NCBI RefSeq assembly: GCF_016433145.1 | Contig: NC_058131.1 | Span: forward strand, 485,677,229-485,741,228 | Direction: 5' to 3' | Origin: Gracilinanus agilis | Lineage: Eukaryota | DNA length: 64,000 nt | Shown: positions 13,011 to 24,800 of the stretch, one piece after another | Layout of the letters: each line of letters opens with the position of its first letter | Position numbering within the stretch: the first letter of the stretch is position 1 | Program-made: the position numbers and the translations under genes | Notes under the pieces: model-generated | What the model was told of the DNA's origin: nothing | Databases searched by the model: none | Seen by the model: the letters and a program-made list of their open reading frames with translations, nothing else

Positions 13011-13140
13011 NNNNNNNNNNNNNNNNNNNNNNNNNNNNNNNNNNNNNNNNNNNNNNNNNNNNNNNNNNNNNNNNNNNNNNNNNNNNNNNNNNNNNNNNNN
13101 NNNNNNNNNNNNNNNNNNNNNNNNNNNNNNNNNNNNNNNN
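13011..13140. other. Undetermined N run (130 nt)
   Basis: Directly visible. Confidence 0.99.
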
Positions 13141-14934
13141 TCATGTAAGCATTCTACTTCTATTAATACAGTTTGCATTATTATTAATTATTATTATTAC
13201 TGTCACATCATATTGTTAACTTGTAGTGAGCATTCAAAACAAGTGGGACTACTTCTATAGGATCGTGGAAAGTATCTCAGAGATCCTCTAGACAAACCTC
13301 CTCATTTTATAGGTGAGAAAATTGAGGCCAAAGAAATGAAGTGACTTATCCAAAGTCATATAGGTAGATTCAAACCCAGATCCTCTGTTTCCAAATTAGT
13401 GCTGTTTCAATTGACTATGTTACCTCTCCATCAGAACTCAATGAAAAAGAAATAAAACTTAACTGCTATAGAATCCTGTCATCCTTCCAGCCCAGTTGAT
13501 AAGGTACTTGGAATAAAATTTGAATCTTATTTATATCAAATTGCCTTAATTTCCACATTCTTATAACAGCTAAGAAGCCATCTATTTCTTTCTCTCGCTC
13601 TCTTTTTTAATAGTTTATTACTGCTTCCTAAAAGTTATTAATATACAATCTCCCTTTTTTGACTGCCACTCCCTCTCTCATTTTCTTCATGTTCTTAATA
13701 ACCCTTCAAACACTGGACAGATGCTTGCATTTTACTTTGATTTCAAATAATTTGCCTATTTGAAAAAATCCTCATTGCCTAATAAGAATTCAGTGTTGCT
13801 ACTTGGCACCATTGTGCAATTAGTGACATTTAATTTCTCTACTTCAAGTTGCAAAGTGAAATGGTACATGTGGATTTTCCACTGCAGGAAAAAAGTTACC
13901 CTGAGATCTAGTGAGACAAAAGTCTTGGTAGGGATCCCTCCCCAGAATGTGTGTGAAACTATTATTTCCATCAGCAACTTGTTTTCTTCTCCCCTGAAAT
14001 TCTGGACTCAATTTAAGTTCAGGGAAGGAAGGAGCCAAAAGAATTTGAAATGTTTGAAATTTAAGTTTGAGAGACGGAAAGCGTGGATTTGAATGATGGA
14101 GGCCTCCAACCAAAAGGTCTCCTCTTGAACACTGCATCTTCCTCTGCCCAGCTCAGTAATGATTTCTCTTCTCTCATGTGGTTGTTCTCATAAGATAGGT
14201 TCGCTGTCACTTCAGTAACACAGACAAGGACATTTTGAATTTACTTTTATGGCTATTTAAGTATGATCTCCCCTATCTGTGAAAGCAGTGACCTCAATGA
14301 GGAATTTTCCCTAAGGGCATCAGCCAGTGTATGACATAGTTAGGAGGGCTATAACTATATTTTGCATGAGATTTGCATATGATTTGCAGTCTGTTCTCAG
14401 GCAATTTTCAAGTTTGAATGCTGTTATATCCCTTTAGGTTGTTTTCTTTTTGTTTTTTTTTTTCTTCTTGTTTCCTTATTCCTTCTCACACCTACCATAT
14501 AGGAGCTCTTATAGGAAAAGCTGAAAGTAGGAAGGGAGCTAGGGGAAGAGTGTGTATGGGATGGGAGACAGAGATGGCGTGAAGCATCATGCAGTGGAAA
14601 GAGAGGGATTTGGAATCAGAAGACATGACAATTCTTCCTGTGTGACCGGGCAAACCACCTCTCAGAATCTTCTTTTTTACATCTATAAAAGAGGAGGTTT
14701 AGATTTAGATGATCTCAAATGCTCAATTATCCTATGATCTTGTCAGGAACTAATGGCCTCCAGATATAGCTTGCATAATACTGTCAAAGTATGCCTATTA
14801 GATAGAAGAAGTTCCTCATCCCTCTTCAATCTCCCTTCCTTCCTTTAATGCCCTTGGGTGAGGAAGGAGGTTGGGAAGTATTGCCAATGACTTCCAGTTA
14901 GAAAGACTGGATAGTTCTTGGTTTTAATCAGAAC

Positions 14935-15344
14935 ACTAAAAAAAACAACAACCTTTACCTTCCATCTCAGAATCAATCCAGTGTATTGGTTCCAAGACAG
15001 AAGAGTGGTAAGGGCTAGACCATTGGTTCCCAAACTTTTTTGGCCTACCGTCCCCTTTCCAGAAAAAAACATTACTTAGCACCCTGGAAATTAATTTTTA
15101 AAAACTTTTAATAGCAATTAATAGGAAAGATAAATGCACCTGGGGCCATCACCGCTACCCTGGATGGCTGCAACACCCACCAGGGGGTGGTAGTGCCCAC
15201 TTTGGGAATCACTGGGCTAGACAATGGGGGTTAAGTGACTTTCTCAGGGACACATAGCTAGCAAGTGTCTGAGGCCAGATTTAAATACAAGCCCTTCCAT
15301 CTCCAGACCTGGTTTGCAATCTATTGAGCCACCCAGCTGCCCCC
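14935..15344 (-). mobile_element. SINE1_Mdo-like SINE split by a hAT MITE
   Basis: The SINE sequence gtaagggctag..caatgggggttaagtgac is interrupted exactly at 15021-15214. Confidence 0.85.
15021..15214. mobile_element. Non-autonomous hAT (Charlie-type) DNA transposon, 194 bp
   Basis: TIRs CATTGGTTCCCAAA and TTTGGGAATCACTG (12/14 match); exact 8-bp TSD GGCTAGAC (15013-15020, 15215-15222). Confidence 0.9.
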
Positions 15345-15839
15345 TAATCAGAACATTTTTGCCAACTATGCTCAGGTCTCCATGTTGTGCTAGAATCCAG
15401 CTATCATTATTTCTTCAGAGAAATTTCTCAGAGGAACCCACAATTTTATTGTACTTTCTGCTCTTGATTTTTCATAGGATCATAGGTGTAGAGCTGGAAT
15501 GGACCTTTGAGGTCATCTAGTCCAACTTCATCACTTTATCAATGAGCAAATTAAAGCCTGGAAAAGTGAAGTGACTTCACCGGGTTTGGAAATGTCAGAG
15601 CCTGGATTTCAACCAGGACCCCTAACTCAAAATCCATTGCTTTTTCTACTGTTGTACACTGACCTCCCCAAATCCGTTCTTGTCTTTAGCATCAGGGAAT
15701 AATGCACAGTCTGAGTTGGAACTCCAAGTAATAACTCCAAACTGCACTCTGTGTACATCTGAACACCAGTGAAATACAGAGGCCAATGCTAAGATTCCTA
15801 CAGAGGCCGATGTTGAGATCCCTACCTAGTATAATTTTT

Positions 15840-16036
15840 AAAAATCCCTTAACTTCTGTCTTAGAATCAATACTGTGTATTGGTTCCAAAGTAGAAGAGC
15901 AGTGAGGTCTAGGCAATGGGGGATAAGTGACTTGTCCAGAGTCACACAGCTAGGAAGTGTCTGAAGCCACATTTGAACCCAGGACCTCCCATCTCTAGAC
16001 CTGGATCTCAATCCACTGAGCTACCCAACTGCCTCC
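15840..16036 (-). mobile_element. SINE1_Mdo with 15-bp TSD
   Basis: CCTAGTATAATTTTT at 15825-15839 and 16037-16051. Confidence 0.9.
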
Positions 16037-16464
16037 CCTAGTATAATTTTTGACTCTTTTCAAACATTAGTCAATTGACAAGCTTTATGTCCTAATGCTA
16101 TAGTTGTCTGCCTAAAATGTGGTTCTCTCCATCTTCTTCTCAACAATAGATTCAATACAAATATACCACAAATATATTTTTCTCACTTTTTCTTTGAAAA
16201 ATAATTTTATTTTAAAAATTTGAACATAATCATCTATAAATAAAAGCATTTCCATAAACACAGGAAGACTCCAAAAGAGGATTTTATATGAAACTGAATA
16301 TCCATTTCATACTACTTGCTAGCTTTCTTCACTTTTCAAGAGTGATAAAATATCTTTTTATGTACCTTGGTTTGAGTATTTTTCCATCTATGACTATTCA
16401 AATTAAAAAAAAAAACTTTCTTAAAGCCCCAAATCATGATTCCTTTTCATTTTTAAAAGATATT

Positions 16465-16657
16465 TATTTAAAACCTTTACCTTCTGTCTTAAAATCAATA
16501 CTGTATATTGATTCCAGGGTAATAAAGGCTAGGCAATAAGGGTTAAGTGACTTGCCCGGGGTCACATAGCTAGGAAGTTCTGAGGTCATATTTGAATCCA
16601 AGACCTCCAATCTCTAGGCCTGGCTCTCAATTCACTGAGTCAGCTAGCTGCTGCCCT
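16465..16657 (-). mobile_element. SINE1_Mdo-like SINE
   Basis: Family motifs. Confidence 0.8.
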
Positions 16658-16719
16658 CAGTGCTTCCTTTCATTCTTGGCCAATGATTTATCCTCTTACT
16701 AAAACATCAGGACCATAGG

Positions 16720-17420
16720 ATGTGAATTCTGAATTCCCTTTCCATATTTATATGCCTTTTTCTTCTCCATAACTGACTTAAAGGAAATGTTGCCCCTTTA
16801 TTATCTTTCTCTTCCTTTGATTCCTCTTTCTTTCTCTCCCTAACCTTGGCTCCCTCACATCCTTTGTCCCAAATCTTCAGTATCTTTATTCTCCTCACTT
16901 CCTTGCTCTTCCTTCCAATGGCTCCTCTTCTTTCTTGTGCCCTCTAAATATAAGTGTTCTTTAAGGTTCAATTTTACTTCTGGTCTTACCTTTTCTATCT
17001 TCTCTCCCTTGGAGATTCTGATTTGAGATACTGAATCTCCTCCAATTAGATTTTTCAATTCTTGGTAGGGGCCCTAGAAGAAGCTTCTTTGTTTTTATCA
17101 CAAGAAAATATCTCCCGGTTCTAGATATTTATTTTCAGCCTCATGCTATATTCCAACATCTTTAGTTCCCTCTTGGACATTTTTATTGATGTCCAACTTA
17201 GCTTAAACTCAACAGGCTAAAACTGAACTCATTATCTTCACCTTTCTCCTTCCTCCATCCCCCAACACTTCTCTGTTTTTGTGCATGGCACTATCTATCT
17301 CACGGAGATTCTATGAGGAAAGTATCTTTAAGACCTAGAGTACTATATAAACTTGTAGTTCTTATTCTCCCAGTCCCCCAAGATTAAAACTTTGATGTCA
17401 ATTCTCAATCTTTGTTTGCC
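16720..17420 (+). mobile_element. L2 fragment
   Basis: gtccaacttagcttaaactcaac..aaaactgaactcattatctt, typical of L2. Confidence 0.6.
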
Positions 17421-18084
17421 CAACCACTTCCTCTGCATCAAATGAGGTATAAATAATTGTGTCAGTCTCTTATGAATGAACTCAGCTTCTTATGAAGAAA
17501 ACATTTCTTGTCTGAGTGTTCTTGTTTGCAGTCTCAATATTGCAAGAGAGAAGGGCATTCCAAAAATGGAAACTATTAGCCTTTCTTCCCAGCTCCCTTC
17601 CAGGATTTTACTAGCTCTTTTTTTTTTTATTGAGTATCTTGCATACCATCTCAGGGAGTCCCACACTTAGCTCTTGTTTTCTCTTCCAAGACCCAATCTA
17701 GAGGTTCTGTTGATTGTTTCTCTTGTAAAGTGCTTCCAATGAGCTCACACATTTCTTAGTTCCTCTCCAGTTCTTTGTCATTAAAAAGGAGGCTCCACGT
17801 TTTCTTTCATTTAACTACTGTATAGTGGAAAAAGCACTGGCCTTGGAGTCAGAAGACTAACTAACCTTTATTAAGTCACTTAACTGCCAACTAATGGGAA
17901 AAGACTGGGCTACATTGATCTCAGAGTTACCTTTCATCTCGAGCTATATAATTCTATTGTGCCCTAGGATAGGGAGCCCTCGGACTCCCATTGATCCCCA
18001 AAAGGTCCCTGCTTCTCAAATTTTTTGACTCATTGTGTCTCTACTTTGTAGTTTTGGTGTTGGAATGGGGGGAAATCACTCTTG

Positions 18085-18174
18085 TATTTAAAATAAATTT
18101 TTATTGATAGCTTTTGCATCATCTATATTTCTTAATATATCCCCCTCTATTCTCTTTCCCAGAGTTATCTCTTA

Positions 18175-18222
<48 letters not shown>

Positions 18223-18790
18223 CATATATCCCTTATTACAAGGAATTTAAAAAATTCAACAAAACTGATCTCTCTATGTAATATAGGTAGTATTCTAGAT
18301 CCATTAGAACTCACTTCCTCATTTGGGGTCAAATTTGATCATTAAATTTGACAATGTTCAGTTTTATTGTTTTATTGATGTTGTCATTTTCCTTTCTATT
18401 TTATAGTCATTTTGTGCATTATTTTCCTGGTTCTACTTACTTCACTTTGTATCAGTTCATATAAGCCTTCTTGTGCTTCTCTGTATTTATTTCTTATAGT
18501 ATGATACTATTTGCTTACATACATACCACTGTGGGCATCTACTTTGTTTTTAGTTCCTTGCTACTATAAAAACATTGCTATAAATATTTTGACATATGTC
18601 TTTCTTGTTGTCATTAATTTCCTGGAGTTATCTGCTTCATAGTGTAATCTCTGGCTCAAAGGGTAAGGACATTTTAATCATTTTTTTTTCACATAATTTG
18701 AATTGTTTTTCAGAGTGGTTGGACCAATTCACAGCTCCATTAGCAATATATTAGTGTTCCTTCTATAACTTTTCCAACACTGAAATTCTG
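18085..18790 (-). mobile_element. Old L1 3' UTR-like remnant containing a (CA)n tract
   Basis: Resembles segments 290-900 and 36500-37350 (gctataaatatttt...gctggtcaaaggg-like). Confidence 0.55.
18176..18221. repeat. (CA)~23 microsatellite
   Basis: Direct tandem repeat. Confidence 0.97.
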
Positions 18791-19164
18791 CTTAAGGTCA
18801 AGGTGGATCTAATCCTACTTGATTAGGAATGGTGCTTGAGAGGGCATTGGTGATATGACTCCAAGAGCATTAAATCATATCAGATGTTCAGCTTCTGTCT
18901 TTTACCTTGTGAAAGTGGCTGGAGAATCTTACCATTGGTACCCTTTTGTACCATGTAACATTCTTTTTGTACTATAGACTCCTTTCAGCTTTTACCATGA
19001 CAGAAAACTTAGGTCTTGGCTCCATGGTACCTCCTTTGGGTTTTAAATTCACACAAGTACCTCTCATTTTTGGAGAAACATTAAACTCTAGATCTCCTTT
19101 GAGCAGGAAAAAAAGGATTTCATTCACTGCCATCACTTTTATTTTATTTTTTTTACATAGGATT

Positions 19165-19320
19165 ATAGATATAAATCTGGAAGGGACATCAGAGATGATC
19201 TAGCCTAACCTCTTTATTTTACACATGAAGAAACTGAGGCCCAGAGAAACTAAGAAAATTGTCCAAGATTACAAAGGCCATAAGCATTAGAAGTAGAATT
19301 TGAGCCCGTGTCCTCCCTCT
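19165..19320 (-). mobile_element. MIR
   Basis: ggaagggacatcagagatgatctagcctaacc...atgaagaaactgaggcccagag. Confidence 0.7.
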
Positions 19321-20424
19321 AGCCCTCATACTTCATGGTCTTCCTGTTTCCTTTTTTTTCTGTTCCTAGGAGTAGTATACCAACTTCTCAAATTAATTCA
19401 AAGGGTATTTTTCTAATGTACTTTAGGAGAACATACAGCAAAGCTAAGGGTATAATAAGAAGTTAGAAATTTAGTTCACAGTTTTAAAGGTTCTTTTATT
19501 TTTAAACTAAGTCCTCAATACTAGTTAAAGAACCTTCTCCTTAGCTCTTTTCTCCTAGATTTTCTTTTTCTTGGTTTGCGACTTTATATAAAATAATTTT
19601 GAATTCTATCATCATGGAATTGACTGATCAGGGAACCATTTCTAGTTCTTTGAACTCTGTTCCATCAGTCTGTAATATAGCATATGGGAGTTTAGGATCT
19701 TGACAGGACCTTTCTTCCTATTAGTTCTTTAGCTTAATCATCTCTGGATCATTACCCATTAACCCATTGGATAAAATTTGTGCAAGCTTCTTCTTAATCT
19801 TCAGACTTGCTCATTACCTAAGGACCTAATCTAATCTCCCTGAGTTTTTAAACTTTGACACCTCTATCACCTTGTCTGGAAACCTTATTTGCCCAGGCTC
19901 CTTCTCTCTGTTCTGACTGGTCTGCTAGTTTTGCCCTTACTGGAAAAATAGCCTCTTTCATGCGGACTCTGGATCTTGTGGCCTGAGCCTGTGGGATAAT
20001 ACTGTCCATTTTCTACATCTGTGATCTAATGCTCCCCCAAAACTCTTTCCTTACTTCTGAACTTGAGCTCCCAGATAGCCTGGCTCTAGCTCTTCATTGT
20101 TAACTGAATCAACATGACAGATTCACCTAAGAGTCAACTGGGACCAGGCAGCCTTCCCTAGTTCACAGCTAGAGTCTCACTCTTTCCTTACCTTAGCATA
20201 TTTGCTTGGGACCCTCCCTAAGGGAGGCTTTAAAAATTATTATTAAATTATATATCTATCATATAGACATATCAAAACAATATATTCTGCCTTATCTCTA
20301 CCTCTTTCCCCCAACCACTAGTAATTGTGCAGGATCATTGTGCAAGTTACCAAATTCTTGATTCGTCCATCAAAAACTCTCTTTAATCCATCTTTCATAT
20401 TAGCTCACCTCACAACTGGCCTAT

Positions 20425-20645
20425 TGAGGTTGTTGTTGAGTCATTTAGCATGTCCAACTCTTAGTGATCCCATTTTGGGGTTTTCTTGGCAAAGACACTG
20501 TCCTTCTTCAGCTCATTTTACAGATAGGGTGCTGAGGCACGCAGAGGTAAGTGATTTGCCCAGGGTCTCACAGCTAGTAAATATCTGAAGCCAGATTTGA
20601 ATTCAGGAAGATGAGTCTTCCTGATTCTAACTCTGGTACTCCATT
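20425..20645 (-). mobile_element. MAR1-like CORE-SINE
   Basis: gtcatttagcatgtccaactc...ccattttggggttttcttggcaaaga...tttacagat. Confidence 0.75.
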
Positions 20646-21874
20646 TATTATTCCATCCTTTAATTCATTCATGCTTTCTATACATTCTTTCATTTTGCCC
20701 ATCTCCATAAGTCTAGTTTTAAAATAATATTTGTACCACCTCAACTGGTTGCACAAAGACTTTCATTGCCTCTATTATCCACAGGATAAAAATCTCCTTT
20801 TTTTCATAGCATTTGAGGTCTTCTACAATCACACTAATCTACCTTTTCAAATCAGTTTTATTTTCTACATCTTTCCTAACTGAGCCATCTGCTTCACCCA
20901 CATTCTTCTGTTCACTGGTCCTTGAATCTCTCATGCTTTTTTTTACAATGTACTCATGAAATCTTATTCTTGACTGGGAAATTAGATGCTGGGCTAATGC
21001 TAGGAATCTTAGAATGGTTCAAAAGACTTGTGTTTGGGCCATGCTTCAGAGTAGACTTCTCTGAAGCAAGCTTAAAATTCTTTTCTTCCTAGAAACATCA
21101 ATATCATCTGTAATTCCAGAGCTACTGCTTCTATTCCTTCCTTAGATTGAGGCACATTTGTGTCCAATATTTGGTATAGTTTCCCCACAATGCCTTTTGG
21201 TTGACATTTGTTATTTCATTAGTAAAAGAGCCTTCTGATATGGAAACGCCACTTCGCAATTCTCTTATTTATTATAGTTCTAGAGAGTTGGTCGGGGTAC
21301 CAAGAGGTTTCATGAGTGGCTACAGGTCACGAAGTATATATATGTTCAAAGCAGGGCTTCAACCCTGGTCTTTCGGACTTCCTGACTCTTGGAATCAATG
21401 TGGTCAGTGTGGCATACTGCCTCTCTACTCACCAATCTTTTCTAAATCAGATCATGATTGTCTTTGTGAGAAATTCCCTTTACCAATTAGTATTGGCACC
21501 TGCCTTGCAACTCACTCTAAGAGAGATGTCTGAGACGTTCTCTTTTCAGTCATTTTTCAGTCAACTCTGTGACCCCATTTGGGGTTCTCTTGGCAAAGAT
21601 ATTGGAGTGGTACACCATTTCCTTCTCCATATTACTGCTTAAGAAATGGAAAGAGAGCCTTTGTGAGATTGTGAATTGTCTATCACTGAAGGCATTTAAC
21701 CAGAGATTGGCCAGTCCCTTGTGGATGCTGTAGTCAGTCTTGGACATCAATTTGGACTGAGTAACTTCTGAGGTCTTTTCTACTACCAACATTCAATGAC
21801 TTCCTGAATTTTAATCCAAATCCTAGATAATGCATAAGAAATGTTGAATTAAGTTATACCACTCCTGGTTTTAG

Positions 21875-22054
21875 TTTTTTTTTTTTTTTAAACCCTTACC
21901 TTCCATCTTAGAATCTATACTGTGAATTAGTTTCAAGGCAGTAAGAACTAGGCAGTTAAGTGACTTGTTCAGGGTCACATAGCTAGGAAGTGTCTGAGAC
22001 CAGATTTGAACCCCTAGGCCTGGTTCTAAGTCCACTGAGCCACCCAGATGCCCC
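21875..22054 (-). mobile_element. SINE1_Mdo-like SINE
   Basis: Family motifs with poly-T tail. Confidence 0.8.
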
Positions 22055-22129
22055 TGGATTTAGGTACCTAAAATATGATTTTGTTTAAATCGACTTACTA
22101 AGAACAAAGAAGCTTCATGATTTTTATGA

Positions 22130-22945
22130 TTGTTATATATACACATATGCATCATATATGTATATGTGCTATATAAACATAAAACTTAATTTTGTATATA
22201 TGTGTATATGTATGCTATATGAACACATCTATAATTCATATTGTATAAGTGTATATGTATGCTATATAGACACAATTTATATTGTATGTGTGCACATATA
22301 TGCTATATAAGCATACATGTAATTTATATTATATATATACACACATGCAAAATAAACTTATATTGTATATATGTATATATGTGTGGTTTATAAACACATA
22401 ATTTATATTATATATGTTATCTTTTATATGTGTGTATATGTATGCTGTATGAACTCATCTACAATTCATGTTATATATGTGCATATGTATGCTATATAAT
22501 CACACATAGTTTATATTGTATATATGCTATGTAAGCACATATATAATTTATATCGTATGTATGTGCATACATGCTATATAAACATATAATTTGTATTGAA
22601 TATATGCATATATATGCTATATAAGCACATCTAGACTTTATATTGTATATGTGTTCATATGTATGCTATATAAGCACACCATAATTTATATTATAAACAT
22701 GCATGGATGCAAAATAAACATAATTTATATTGTATATATGTGCATATATGCTATGTATGCACATCTAGAATTTATATTGTATACACGTGCATATGCATGC
22801 TATATAAGCACACGTGATTTATATTATATATGCATGCATAGATGCAAAATAAACACGTATAATTTATATTGTATATACGTGTGCACACATAGGATTCATA
22901 TTGTGTATATGTATGCTATATAAACACACACACAATTTATATTGT
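22130..22945. repeat. Degenerate AT-rich minisatellite, unit about 45-50 bp
   Basis: Recurring tatgtatgctatataa(a/g)cacat..aatttatattgtata, roughly 17 copies by eye. Confidence 0.85.
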
Positions 22946-23802
22946 TAGTCCTTACAAAAGCAGTGGTTTGGCCCACATTTTACTTCTGATTACTTTTCTA
23001 AATCTGAATTAATCTCCAAAACATTTAGAAATTTGTATCCTTTAGAGATTTTCCTTTTGTTAATCCCCTTATCTCTCTGAATTTCCCTTGGAGTAAACAT
23101 TTTTCTGGATCATCTGGAATGGGGGGAAAGTAACAGCAGTAGTAATAATAACAGTAATACGAAAATAAATATCTGAACCACTAGCTAATGGAAATCTTTT
23201 ACTTTAATGGCTTTATTGAGGCTTGTGCTCACCTGGAAGTCAGAAGCTCTTAATAACCTTGCCTGACTTCCATGATAAACACACCCAGAGGGGACCTTAT
23301 TTGTTATAGGGATGCCCCCAGTGTAGGGGGTTTCACATAGTTAGAGCTCGGAAATTCTACTTCAGGGGCAATAGGACCTCGATGGAACAGGTACCAATTG
23401 GGAAACAAAATAGGAATGTAGCGACAGGATTAGGGAGAACCCATTTTGATGAAGTGGATCCACGTGGGGGACTCTCTCTGCTTCCTTGGTTAGGCAGAGG
23501 CTACTTTAGAGGTACACGCTCAAGGTTCTTTCCTATAGATCTGGGAATAATAAGACCTGCCTGAAACGTTGCCTGCTGCAGGGAGGATAGGTTAAAAAAA
23601 AGTTCCATATTGGGGTCTAGAGTAGTTCAAACAGGATATTTTTGACTAACTGGGAAGCCAAGGGATCGTGCCTGGTGCAGGAAACTTGGCCAGGGCACGC
23701 AGGTGTATGCATGTATGTGTGTGTGTGTGTGTGATGCTATCCTTATTGAATTCTATTCAAGTATGTGATCTTGCTAATTTTTATTTGGGGAGAGTGTTAT
23801 AG

Positions 23803-23886
23803 TTGAAATGATAACGTTGTCTTCTTTTTTCTCCCCTTCCTCCTCCCCGATCTCTCTTCTTGTCTCTCCTGTGTCTCTTCCTCAAG
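23803..23886 (+). promoter_or_regulatory. 3' splice-site pyrimidine tract of the 30-nt exon
   Basis: About 82 AG-free, C/T-rich nt ending in ctcaag. Confidence 0.75.
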
Positions 23887-23916
23887 GCCTTTCACATCTC
23901 ATGATGAGCGAACAAG
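23887..23916 (+). CDS. NRXN3: NRXN3 SS1 microexon, 30 nt, phase 1-1, (G)LSHLMMSEQ
   Basis: ctcttcctcaag|GCCTTTCACATCTCATGATGAGCGAACAAG|gtaggt. The peptide GLSHLMMSEQ is visible inside track ORF 23808..23999. Confidence 0.95.
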
Positions 23917-24746
23917 GTAGGTCCTTGATGGTCTTATTTTCCTCTCTGCCTAGCCCCAGAGCCTTTCACCTCCACTCCACTTCCTTTGGCTGGTCATAGT
24001 AGACATTGCTGCTGTTGGCTCTTTGCCTGTCCTGGCTGCCCTAAGGTGGGGGGCAGCTACTAGAAACATTATGGATCCTCAACATGCTGAATTACTCCCC
24101 TCTGCCCTCTTCATTCCCTTTGCTTTCCCATGCTCCACTACCATTTGTCAGACCAGAGGCTGTGTCCCTGCGGTGCTAGGGACTATGCCTCTGAGGAAGA
24201 AGCATGAAATGAAGCATGACAGTGGTGATAATGGGGGTGAATGAAGCTAATTTCAGAGCAAGAAAACTGGTAACTTCCTTCCCTCCCTCTCTCTTCCCCC
24301 TTCCCCTGCTGAGGGAGGGGGGGGCATTGGCCTTTTCAAACCCCCATCCTTTTGTCTTTCCCCTATTTTTCATTGTCCAGTACAAACACTCTGAAATTCT
24401 GCCTGATAAAATGCAGCCCTTGGGGGTATATTTTTATTAAAGGACTATATATGTACATATGCATTTATATGAAAATAAGAGCAACATTCTTACAAGAACA
24501 TGCTAATACCCTCATGGCATGATTCTAACTCATTATATACCCAGAAGAAAACTGCATATAAAGGTCTGTAAATTCAGCATCTGCAACCTAAAATATTCAA
24601 ATATGCATGGAATAAAATGTGCAGGAAATTCAGCTCAGCTAAGCACAGGGTGGGCTGTGAATGGGCCTTTAAAAAAATAAAAAATTTTCCACATTATCAG
24701 CCTAAATCAAGGTTCAACAACTGAGCTGTTTTAAAATTATCTTATT

Positions 24747-24748
<2 letters not shown>

Positions 24749-24798
<50 letters not shown>
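24749..24798. repeat. (AC)25 microsatellite
   Basis: Direct tandem repeat. Confidence 0.97.

Positions 24799-24800
<2 letters not shown>

Noticed and set aside
22130-22945. CRISPR-like repeat-spacer array
   Set aside because: Eukaryotic context, degenerate contiguous AT-rich units and no unique spacers.
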